Positions 52,371-64,000 of a stretch of 64,000 bases of DNA are shown here, piece after piece. The DNA comes from Obrimoposthia wandeli. Taxonomy: Eukaryota. Under the pieces are notes generated by a model. The model was given only the letters and a program-made list of their open reading frames with translations. It was not told where the DNA came from and did no database searches. Position numbers and translations under genes: made by a program. The first letter of the stretch is position 1, and each line of letters begins with the position of its first letter. The stretch spans positions 62,001 through 126,000 of the forward strand of contig CDROCS010003774.1 in the NCBI GenBank assembly GCA_977020255.1, written 5' to 3'.

Positions 52371-53329
52371 ACAGAAAATTAACTTTATTTCTGTTATGTG
52401 CTAATGCAAAATTTAATTAACAATTCAGACGTATTTGTTCATTATTCTCAATTAGAGAATGCAGATAGGTATTAACGAAGTTAAGAGATTGAAAACGTAT
52501 GATAGCATATTTACATTCATTTTCATATACATAATTGAGTGTAAATTACTATTGTATCAACAAAATATAAGTTTGTGAAAGTGATTAACAGCATTATCTA
52601 ATTTATATTCTTTAATTGGTTTGTTTGGTTAATACATTTACTCAGTGTCGTTCTACAATCCTCATATGGGAATTATTTTTCCATAATATAGAATTTAAGT
52701 CAAGAAAATGAAAGTAAATTACAAAATGTTAAAATATTTTTTTGAATTTCGTTCTCATTATTTTTGAATATACAGTCGATTTAGCTATATCGGCACTCCA
52801 ATGGCCAGAAAATAGTGCCAATAAAGGTGAATGTTTGTTAAATAAATATTTTATTCTATATTGAAGAACTAAAAAACCTTTGGAGCGCATATTCTATATA
52901 TTCGAAAGTAATCCACTAAAAAAGTCTGGCTTTTCTGCAAAAGAAACCTGTTGAAATGAGCAGTTTGATTATTATCTTAAAGCTTCAAAACAATATTATT
53001 AATTATTATGTTTTCTCTAAATTTTGATTTGATTTTCTTTTGAAATACATGTAAAAATTGTTATAAACCGTGAATTTGTATCATTGGAATTTTTTCTAGA
53101 AATATTAAACAAACTTGATTTTTGTATCATTATTTTTCAAATAAAATTCGTATACAGTATTTTTTAACACTATTTAGCACACGACCCTAAGACCTGCACT
53201 CAAATAAGACTTGTACATATATGAAAATACGAGGAATTTATAAAATACAAATCATAAAACTTAATATATATAGCTTTTCAGAGCAGCAATTACCAGAGTA
53301 CATTATGGCATAATTCCTGAAATTACAGA

Positions 53330-53790
53330 AAGGTCACAGAGCACACAGTCCAAAGAGATCATTTTCGACTGGTGATTCTCTCTGGCATGTAAGGTCAGGA
53401 GACCTCCATCTTCTCTTTCCAATAATCTGGTAGCTTCTAGCAAACTGCAGAGCTAGCGTCGAAAGACAGTTTTTTTTCATACATAGGGAACACCCTACAA
53501 ATTCGTCAATGCCATAACTTAGGCGATCGTATTGATTTCAAATCGTGCCGAAACTGTCGAGACTCCTCTTTTCGTTAACACCTTGCTCTTGAGATTAGAA
53601 CATATTGCTTGATTTCTATGAATGGCTTTTCTTGTTCCTCTCGGTTGTTGCGATCTTTCTTTCTGTTTCTACCATAGCCTAATCAGGAATTTTTCGAATA
53701 AAATTCTCATTCTGCCGCTATTTTGCCTTGTTGCGTCGCGTACTGGATTGCCTCGAGCTTGAATGCTGCAACCCTTTAACTTCTTCTTCA
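53330..53790 (-). mobile_element. pogo (POGK-like, Brinker DBD + CENP-B HTH) transposase N-terminal remnant
   Basis: AAFKLEAIQYATQQGKIAAE*EF, IRLW*KQKE...RGTRKAI and LPDYWKEK, in shifted frames. Confidence 0.75.
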
Positions 53791-55150
53791 AAAGGAGTAT
53801 CTTGATTTTAATTAATTGGTTATAAAATTAGGTATGTTATAAATATCAATTTTAGGCTTTTTTAATGGAAAATAACCACGAGTCACTCACCAAAAAATTC
53901 AGTAATGGAAATATTTTTGCAACTTAAAAAATAAAATTTAATATAAATTAAGAACTTTTTTGAATTTTTAAAAATATCACAATTCATGGCCAACAACATT
54001 TCTTAGCTCCAGAAACTACAGCTCTACAAATATTCCTCCTAAGTTCAACATCAGTTGAGATCCTCTGATCTTGGTTTATTTATGTAGTTCAAATCTTATA
54101 CCTACTTTTAAAGATTTAAAAAATATTTGATCGTTTATATTCTTATATTTTACTTGGAATACATACTTCCAGAAATGTTCTTCTGAAGCCCAAACCCTTA
54201 TGAAAATATCTTTTTTATGTTAAATTTCCATATTAAATAATTTGTTTATTTTTCCAACATTGAAACATGTGTCTACATTTTTTATAACGGAATCGACAAA
54301 CATTATAATTTTTTTAATCTTCTGGAAATTATTAAATCGAAAATTAAATTCTTTAATATTATTTACCCATCTCAGTTATAACTGACAGCTACAAAAAATT
54401 AATGAAAACTAATTTAATAAGTGCATTGATGATTTTATGATATAAGGAGCTTCTTTCTAATAATTTTAATACAATATATTATAAGTCAAAATTAAAAGTA
54501 ATTTGCATGAAAAAATTATTACTAATTACATAATCTAAATATTTATTAATGAACTGTATAATAAATCATAAGATGCTGGAATGACATGGGTTCATTTTAA
54601 ATGTTTATTATTCATAGTTTCAAATGAAGTCAGTGCTTTTCTATATTATATTTTATATTTGAGAAGAAATAGAAAGTTTGTGTTTGAAGATCAAATATGA
54701 ATAATGAGATTTGATTTCTAAAAGCTGAAAGGGGTGCTAATCATTACACTGATGGTTATATTCTTTATCTGTAATAAAAGATTCGATACGCTCAATTTAC
54801 CAGTAAAATTGGTCAAAAAAGCCAATTCACATAACCAATTCCAATAATACTTGTGATAGTTATGTTCAACAGTTAAAATATTAATTTTAAAAACTACTAA
54901 TGATAAGTAGCTGAGTAACCTATCAAAAATAACTAATTCGTACGTATAATATAAAAAATATCACAAAATATGATAAAGTTCCTATTGAAACCATTCTGCG
55001 ATCGATGTGTTGGCCACCTCTGTTGTATTCAATCTGAACGTAATACGGAGTTTGTAATCGTAATTTTAGTTGTTTAAACCCATTCAGAGACTATTAAAGA
55101 TATGAAAACTTAAAGTTATTCGGGGAATTATATCACTTTTTCCCCCACAG

Positions 55151-55253
55151 GCAAGTATCGTAGTATGCGGGTAGAAGAGTGCTTCACCAGCAATCAATCA
55201 ACCCTCATCGCGGACAGATCTGGTCACAGCGCCGAGAGGATCATTTACAGAGG
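55151..55253 (+). CDS. ZP-domain protein, exon C (ZP-C, Cys5 to the G of GCP)
   Basis: Acceptor ttttcccccacAG, donor GTcagt; 103 bp, phase 1 to 2. Encodes (G)KYRSMRVEECFTSNQSTLIADRSGHSAERIIYR(G). Joins exons B and D in frame. Confidence 0.88.
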
Positions 55254-55679
55254 GTCAGTTCCAGCTTTCTTGAATTCTGTCTACTAGCTACAGGAGATCA
55301 CAACTCTCACTCTCACGGTATTCTAATTAATTTCTCAGATTTAGTCTGATTTCAATACTATATAAAATACACCCTTTAAATAAATTGTTTAATGAAAATA
55401 TGTTTCGATTATAAAATTTCATTTTTGGCATCAAATGAAAGTGTTTGTCTCTAAAAATGAAATGATGCCGATAATTATTTTTGTGAACTTTTAGAAGTAA
55501 CACTTTTCCATACTCAGATATCTATAAACTGAGAGAGTGCTAGTGATGTAATTGTTTTCTATGAATTCAAATTAAATTCAATTTCAATTCAAATCAATTC
55601 TGTGAAGTCATCTGAAAAGTTATCCCGAAAACATTATTAAAGGTGTTATTCCGATGAAAAGAGTCAAAATATGATACAA

Positions 55680-56060
55680 TGTGGGAACAAATTACAGAAT
55701 ATACTGGATTAAAAGACCAAAAATCGACAGAACTAGATTTTTTCAGTGATAAAAGGTCACAAAACTCAATGATACACAATAAAAATCAATCAAATTTTGG
55801 TGAGAAATTGGATTTTTGTTCTCGATTGACATTGTTGTTGAAATTACACGTAGCAGGATATGTGAGAAAGTTGGTCTATATCCAGAAGTCATTGTTTATT
55901 TTATGTTGTTCAGATTACATGATAATTGCACTGGGGATGGCTACATTTTTTGTCTTCCACATGTACTAGACAAGCTAACAGAAAACTGTCGTAAATACTC
56001 TAAGGAAAGCTGGTACATCATGCACAGGAAAAAAAATGAACAAATTGTACTTAAATAAAA
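55680..56060 (+). mobile_element. Possible piggyBac remnant
   Basis: FRLHDNCTGDGYIFCLPHVLDKLTENCRKYS resembles LHFxDN...RPLLDxLxxNF. Confidence 0.3.
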
Positions 56061-59000
56061 TGAACGTACTAAAGCATCTAAATTCTCATTAGCGAAAACG
56101 ATAAGACCTCTGGGAGATTTAATTGTGCCATACACGTCAAATTATGATCAAGTAAATCAAAAGCTTGGTCAATCATCAAGAACTGTCAAATGTTAACTTT
56201 TAAAAATGTGTTTGCTTACATTACAGTTTTAGTAATATTATAGAATCATAATAAATTATACGTTAACTTGTAAAATGTAAGTTAAAATACAATGTGTAAG
56301 GAAAAAGTATGGAATGTAAGAAAAGTAATACTTTACATTACACTTACTGAAAAAAAGTGAACTAATATATATTAATAAAAAAAATCTTTTAGACAATTAT
56401 TTACTCATTATGGAAGGTTATCTTTTGCGCAATGCTTCACACGCGGTTCTTTCGAATTAAATATATAAAAAATTAAGAATAACTTCAAATTCTTCAATAG
56501 AAAAAGGCTCACTCCACTGTTCACAGCAAATCAAGTAATCATTGGGTTGGGGCTGACGATTTGTGTCTCCTATGAATGCAGTATCACTCTCATGGCATTG
56601 AAACTTAAATTAAGGTTTAATTAGGAAGAAGATATTTGGATCTTGAAGATTTGATAAAAACACAGAAAAACAAACTAATTTTTGTCATGGCTTTGTTAAT
56701 AGTCATTTTATATTGTCAAGAGCTTATAGATGCAATTTCGCCTAAACCGGTTTCAGTTAAAAGAGAATAGGTATTAGACGATATTCAAAATGTATTGCTA
56801 TATTCATTCACAGTATATACATTAGTTTATATCTATTAACAAACTACTACTGACTGCCAAAAGTTTTTTTTTTGAAAAGCAGATTTTAGCATAGGCTTAA
56901 AAGTTGCATTCTAACTGCTCAACAAGTAAATGGTCATCAGTAAAGTCAAAGGGTCTTAAAGCGATTTTCTCTCTGGATACAGAATCATTGATTCACCTTC
57001 TCGTCGCATTTTGTGTCTGCTGAAAGCAAACTGATTGTCTCCTCATCAGTGATACCGGCTGCAACCTAATTGGTAGAATGAAGAATTTTTTGCTTCTACC
57101 TAATGATTGAAAATTATTTATAACGAAACGTATTTGTTTCTCAAGAAAATTTTCATTGTATTTATTGTGAGGCAACCTGTTTTTTTTCATTTCCATTTTA
57201 CGTGTGAACTAATGATGAGGTGAATTTAATTGCTTCTACTTATATTTAATTAAAATATTATTCTAACTATTTTGCTTTCAAGTCTACTTTGAAGTAAGCT
57301 GAAATAGAAAAAGGTTTAAAATTAATTTAACCGACAAAAGTAATGATATTAAACTAATGTATGTTTGAAATACGAATATTGTGATATTTCGATATTAAAT
57401 CTATCAAAAGGACGAGCTGATCAAATTTATAAACAGGAATTTAACAAATAATATTCAGATACAAGTTATTTTCTTTGATTTTCTACGATATTGTAACTAA
57501 ATAGATTTTCAAACCCATATAGCTATATTTTTGTCAACCGATTTTAAACATTCTTTTCATGAAAAATAAAACCTATTTTATAATTAAACATTTAATATTT
57601 CAAAAAAGTGCTCTCAGCCGGTATTTTTTAAATTAAAACTTTGTTATATAGGTTATTTCTAATCTAAGCATGTCTGTATCAACTGTTAATTGAGCTACAT
57701 TAAAAAAAATGTAAAGGATTGAGTTGTGTAAAAATGTATATTGAAAACAATTTAATACAACTTCAATCAACAATCATCTACTTTCCCGTCAACATAACAC
57801 ACTACAAACAAAGAGTTGGACGTGAAAATGAAAAAGTATGTTTTTTTTGTGTAGGCAATGGAATTCTATAAGATATGGTGTTATGCTATTCATTTTTATT
57901 AGTCAAATACTTAGCAGCTTTGATAAGAATAATTTAGCGACGATTCAAATGCTTAAATGGCAAGTTGTAGAGCAGTGAATTTTAAAATTTTAATCTAGAA
58001 CTAATTAAATGATTTACCTTAATTTTTTAAAACAATTTGTATGCGTTGTTTTCTTTAAGATAAAAAAGAAAGATTATCAAAAAGCTCTTCATGTAATGCA
58101 TTGATTAAATACTTTCAGTTAAGTTTATTATAATTGCTAATTATGTTATTATTAATTATAAGTGTCATTTATGAGAAATTATGAGAAGCAATTGTATTTC
58201 ATCTGCATGTTAAAAATCTAAATTTTAACCGGATTACAAAACAAAATATCTTTAATAAAAACCATTTAGGTCATACGAATAGTCAAGTTAACATATATAG
58301 ATTTTCTTATATACAAATAATAAAGTGATTTATGTCAACTGAAAAGGGAGAAAGCAGCAGACGTTATTCAACTATACATTGAAAAGAGGAAGTTGCCAAA
58401 CAGATTCAATATTATTGCACAATTTTTTTGTGGGCGGGGATGATTATGAAATAAAGATTTTTTAAATGTTTTATGCAGGAGAAGTGAAGGTAGTTTGGCA
58501 TGAGGGAAGTGGTATACCCTAGTTTAGAGATTATGATCACAATGTATTGACTCAGAGCTGTTAGTTCAGAAACGGTAAATATATCAATGTGAATGTTAAA
58601 AAAATACGATAAAACTTTTATTGTCTGTTATTTTATATTTCCTATCGGGCCATGTTTGCAACGCCCAGTATAATGCTTTTATCTAAAGTAATATTGCTTA
58701 TCGTTAACATGTATCGGTCATTTATACGAGTTGCTTCAAATTTGACCCATCCGGGAAAAAATCTACATTCATCAAAATTAATCGTTTAGATATTCTTTTT
58801 AATTAAAATCATTTGTAATTTTCGAAAAAAAATAATGTTTTCGACCCTAACCTCACAAATAAATTTCAAATATTTCGTACAAATGACCTTCAGCTTAAAT
58901 TATAGTCATTTCAAAAAGGCTTTAATCCACTGTGATTCAAAAAAATCTTAAAACAATTTTCTTTTTTTAATGCATGTTTCCTCATGTCTGTAACGGATTC

Positions 59001-62000
59001 TCGTTCTTATTTGTTGATGATTTATTCATAATATCTAAAAAAAATTAACTTCAAGCTATTTCAAATAAATTATTTAAAAATTAGATTGCAAAAAAAAACA
59101 TTTTATTTATATAATAAATTATTTTACTTTATATTTTGTTGAGTAATGATAATTTAAAGTTCGCTTTAATCACTGCATTACCAAATAAAGTAATAATTAA
59201 ATAAATGAAACTTTCTATAATTTCATTTATTTTATGTAAAAGTAATTTGAAATAATTTGAATTAATTTTCTCGGAATAAAGTGTTAGAGTTACTGGTGAG
59301 TCTTGTATGGCTGGTTAATAAATCAGTGGTATCTGAAACGGCTGATAAAGGATCAAAGCCGATAAGGTCGTTAGTTAATGATCCAGGTGACAATGTATGC
59401 CTAGAAAACTCTATCCAATCTTGTTTTAAGAAAAAAAAAACTCAATTTCCTCTTCAAGTCAACTGACACTTCATTTCTTGGCTTCAATTCCTCTCATTGT
59501 CATGAGATTTCTATCGTTTAAGCATGGAAGAAGGAAGAAAAAGTTGAAGCGCCAAAGAAATAAAAATACTTATATTTAATTTACTATTTATCTACAAATA
59601 TTATTCACGAATTTTTGTTAGTTCTTCTCCTACATAAGTTCTGACACTAGCTTTAGTATTCAAAGTCAACTTATCCTTAAGATTATTAGAATTTTTGATG
59701 CATATATTGTTTCTAAAACAAAGCAATAATCTTCATTTACATGTATTAGCTCTTTTTATCTAAAGGAAGTTTGTAATTAAAATAAGAATATTAAGAATAT
59801 TGTTAATTTTATACCTCGAAGGGAAATAAATTTAAATCTTCATATATTCATTATTTGCAACAAAATGCATGTGAAGATGAAGCATCATCACTAACAACCG
59901 TTTAAAGCTATTTTAACAGCCAATATACAAGTTTCACAAAAACAGAAAGAGTTGGTCAACTTTGAAAACGTATTAAATACTAAATAGTAACTGAAGATCT
60001 TGATGAATTGAAAAAAACAATATTAATCATGGCTCTATATATAATATTTTAACAAAATCACTTAACAGAACGACAATTTTTTAGCGTATTGATTCCGAAG
60101 AAACTGTTAGAAGCATAAATAGAAACTCCTATTGAAGTCAGTATTATTTGGTAATCCAAAAGATTTAGAATTAATGAGAGAAGGTTGGTTATAGTTGATG
60201 AACAAAACATGCAAGACAAGATATTTCAAAATAATCTGATAAATAATGAAAATAATAATAAAGTAGCGACAACTAAAGATAATAAGGTTTATTTCAAACT
60301 TAATATTAAAACTTGTTAATAAGAAAATAAACAATCTAAACATGTCAGTGTTTCATGAAAATAAAGTTTAATCTTACAGTCTCAATCAGTGTATCAACAA
60401 AAGTACAAAAAATCATTTGCAAAATATGGGTGGTTAATTATATCTTTTAACTAAGCGGCGTTACAGAAATTCCGATAGCTATGACAGCTTAAAAGACTTC
60501 TTTCATGACACTTGTAAAGAAATTCAAAGGAACCGATTTTTGAAGGAATTGAACAATCATTTTGAGTATTTAAAATATCTAATTGATGTATTTGGTAATT
60601 TATTGTCAAAGCCGGAAATTTATGATATTCAAACAAATATTCGTTAGTTTTTATTTTAAAAATTCTCCGAACCCTGTGACTGACCCGAATACATTTATCT
60701 AATAATATTTTTATTATTTTAAATCAATATAAGAAATGATGATACTATATTATGGAAAAAATTTACATTGATTATATCAGCACGGGTATATAAAGCTGAA
60801 AATAATTCTACATATTTTCTTTTCAGGAATTATCTTTCCAATTGTCGAAGTCAATCTGGGTTTTCTAAATTATATTACTTTTTGCTTCTAGAAAAACAAC
60901 TATATTAACAAATTTCCTTTATTGAAACTTAAAAGCTTTGATAATACCTTGATCCAAGGGTGAAAGTTTAGAAGTTACTATTTGAAGGAAAATAAAATAA
61001 CTCAATATTTGACATTTCTATATCTACTGGATGAACCTTAGCATTATCTAAAAGAAGCAAAAAATTCTTTCGTCTTTTTTCATGCTTTCATTTCAAAAAA
61101 TGGAAGTGTTCATATTAAAAAGTAAATTTTCAAATGTATTTAAAAATTCTTCGTGTAGTAAAGTGTTTTTAAAAAAAAGAGGTTTATGCATGTGTTTATA
61201 AAAATCTATACATGTCCCGAATTTTTGAGACAATTACTTTACAATTGCACAAAAGCAGTTTACTGACAGTGGATGGTACAGTGGTCAAGGAGGCGAACTG
61301 AGATTGAAAGATTAACTACATATGATACTTGAATTCCTTCAAGGGCGATTTTGAGCAGGTGCCTACGATTTTTGGTTTACCACCTGTAATTTCGGGATTT
61401 TAGTCATCTAGATGAGGGTTTCTGATTTCAGAATTACCAAAATTCTGACTTCTTTGTTCTAAAGTAAATGACTGTAATATTTTAATCATAAATTATATAC
61501 TTTTAGCTTCGAGTTTTGACATTTTTATAAAGTATCATGTAGTATCCAAAATAAGGAATCTGGTTCGTCTTCTTTTTCAGGATTAACCTTGATAAAAAAA
61601 GATGTGGAGTCTGACAAAAAGCCATTATAGCGTTTCATTCATGCCGTCTCTGAAGAAAAAAAAACAATTATGCGGTAACAACTTATGGAGTAGCTGGATG
61701 GAAGTAACAACATATTTATTTTAAAATTATTCTTAAAAATTATAATTATGTATTTTGAAACTAAAGAAACAAGTTTGTAAAATCTTCCTGTTTTTTTTTT
61801 TAAATTTAAATTTTTTGGATAATTTTGTGTAGAGCTGGTCGATAGATAATAAATAGAAAATAATGATTTGTATTTTAAAATATTTTTGTGTATATAAATT
61901 GTTTAAAAAAATAAAAATAGATAAAATAAAATTTGTTAAAAACATTGAGGAATTATTTTTAAATTATGAATAAACCAAAATTGAATTATTTCCGTAAAAA

Positions 62001-62316
62001 CTTGGAAGCATCCTTTGGGCATGTGGCATGTTGCAAAAGATTAAATAATCAAGAAGTGAAAGAAATACAATACTAAGTTGTTTTATTCACCCATGCATTG
62101 ACGAGAAGGCAGTGTATTGCTTAAAAAAGAAAACTTTTTTAGAGTGTATAAAATATTAGCACATTCAGACTTTGTATTGACTAAAATCTCTGTTTTAAAT
62201 GGGATCGACTTTATTTATTTCTTAAGTGAGTTTAAAAACTGACACTTTTTGGACATACAGAGTTATTTCTAATTTGAGACGTTATCATTTGTATTTCCTT
62301 TGTCGCTTCTCTGTAG

Positions 62317-62482
62317 ATGTCCGCTGTACAAGACGACATTCTGGGCCGCCTTCAAGACAGAAGTTTCTCCCGGCATTCATTTGCAGAGTGATATGTTTCA
62401 GATTTACCGGTACGGTGACATGCACTCGGTGTTTTTCAAGTGCTACGTGAAGGTCTGCCGAGAGTCCTCGGAATGTAAAACT
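62317..62482 (+). CDS. ZP-domain protein, exon D (ZP-C C-terminal part)
   Basis: Acceptor gcttctctgtAG, donor GTaagt; 166 bp, phase 2 to 0. Encodes (G)CPLYKTTFWAAFKTEVSPGIHLQSDMFQIYRYGDMHSVFFKCYVKVCRESSECKT, with GCP and the CxxxxC...C pattern of ZP-C. Confidence 0.92.
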
Positions 62483-62851
62483 GTAAGTGAGAGTGTATTT
62501 TTTAGCCCAGATGTTCTAGTTACAATTATTATTTTTTACCCGTTTCTATACTTTTCTATCAGATTGAGTCAAATTTTCAAAATTGGTTCTTCAAAAATCA
62601 AAATTTATTTTAAAAAGTGAATACTTCATCGATATATATTAATAGAAAATCTCTAACTCAGTTCATAAAAAATAATAAGAGCAAGTTAGAGGTATAATGT
62701 AATGATATAATAATTCTTAAATATGTCTTCTCAACATATAATATTATTTATAAAAGACCACACTGCTTTTCGGGCTCCATATTTCACGAATTCAGTTTTT
62801 TTTTCAGATACTCCTTAGTACTTAAACGAAATAAATTTAGTCATTAATCTC

Positions 62852-63002
62852 GAGACATGTAGCAGAGCATGGTATTGAATCAAGATACAATTCTTCTAAC
62901 AAATACTTCTGGTACATCCTTTGAATACACTGGAGACATGTAGCAGAGCATGTGTTGAATCAAGATACAATTCTTCTAACCAATACTTCTGGTACATCCT
63001 TT
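62852..63002. repeat. Tandem duplication, 2 x ~70 bp, period 81
   Basis: gagacatgtagcagagcatg...ggtacatccttt at 62852-62922 and 62933-63002, nearly identical. Confidence 0.9.
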
Positions 63003-63200
63003 AAAGAAAGTCAATGTTGAAAGAATCATCAGTGTTTCATCATGAGGATCAATCTCTGCATTACATTAACCTGTCTACCACTGTGAGAAGAATTATCTAC
63101 TGATATCCCGATAAAGATTTTTGATTTATTCGTAGATAATCTCCATTCTCAGTTGATTGACTTCCTCCATGTACCATTATTTGCAAAATATGATGCATAG
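63003..63200 (-). mobile_element. Possible piggyBac C-terminal remnant
   Basis: YMEEVNQL (cf. YNxxMGGVDxxD) followed by ILLTVVDR (cf. FFxxVD). Confidence 0.35.
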
Positions 63201-64000
63201 TTCTAACATAGCGATGACCAATAACGATGTGTCTTGCAAATTAATAACATGGTGGTTTATTTCCATAAATAATGACTTGTGTCAGCTAATGTGCCATTTA
63301 GTAAACCATTGGTGTCGTATACATCATTATTAATTATATAGTTTAACGCAGACAAACGTTTTCAAGGCTTTCTTCTAACAAATGAATGCTCATATTTTTG
63401 TTTATTTGTACAAAGTGTATGAATTCAATATCTACATATCGTATGTAAATTTGAGGGGTTGATAATGTGACTTGGCCAATGAGTTAAAATGTGCATATTG
63501 ATTTGGTTTGTCTTAAGAAAGTAAATGTGAATTTATTTTTATTTCCACTTAGAAAGAAATTATGAGAAAATATCACGTGTGTGACTGTGTATGTGTGTGG
63601 GGAATTATCCAAGGTTTTCTGAGTAGTTCTTTTCTATAGATAGTCAATTAATCTGGATCGAGATCAAGTAGGATTACTATAATGATGATCGGTCATTTTC
63701 CAGGGGATCTGATGAAGTCATTGCGACTTGGAAACGGGAAACTTGTAATTTAAGGCCAGAATCGATGCGGGAGATTTGCTCTGCTAATTTCATGAACTGT
63801 CTGCAGAAGGCAATTTGATTGTCATTTGTTGATTAGATTCTTAGACTCAGATGACAGAACTGTTTCCACGTCAACAAGAAAACGGCCCTCATTTGATACG
63901 GTTCTGTTAATTCTGTATTCATTCAAGCAAAAAAAAGCATTCCCTTGATTCAGACGTTTACATGTGCTACTTGTTGAGTCACAAATGCGTAGAATGTCAT

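Noticed and set aside
56993-57196. Possible gag fragment (GITDEETISLL in an alternative frame)
   Set aside because: A single weak motif only.
63825-63998. 58-codon open minus-strand frame at the window end
   Set aside because: No recognisable motif, and it is cut by the window edge.

Overview
AT-rich (about 70% A+T by eye) eukaryotic, most likely invertebrate-animal, genomic DNA. The long tracked ORFs are mostly spurious. Almost the whole window is intronic sequence of one + strand host gene. Four short GT-AG exons (8639-8778, 28552-28694, 55151-55253, 62317-62482) splice in frame, with matching phases 2/1/2, into a zona pellucida (ZP) module: the end of ZP-N, a Lys/Asn-rich linker and most of ZP-C. 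The introns are 19.8, 26.5 and 7.1 kb. They hold a decayed minus-strand Ty3/Gypsy element (12190-16912: ~120-bp LTRs, PPT, gag with zinc knuckle, PR, RT with YLDD, integrase) with nested insertions, plus many Tc1/mariner, pogo/Tigger, hAT, piggyBac and LINE remnants. The two least expected observations are (i) a small element family with AGT...ACT termini and apparent 6-bp target duplications, resembling non-autonomous Polinton/Maverick derivatives, and (ii) a decayed RPL31 copy that seems to retain a ~43-nt intron. All family calls come from manual translation and motif recall; no database search was run. No rRNA, tRNA or CRISPR was found.
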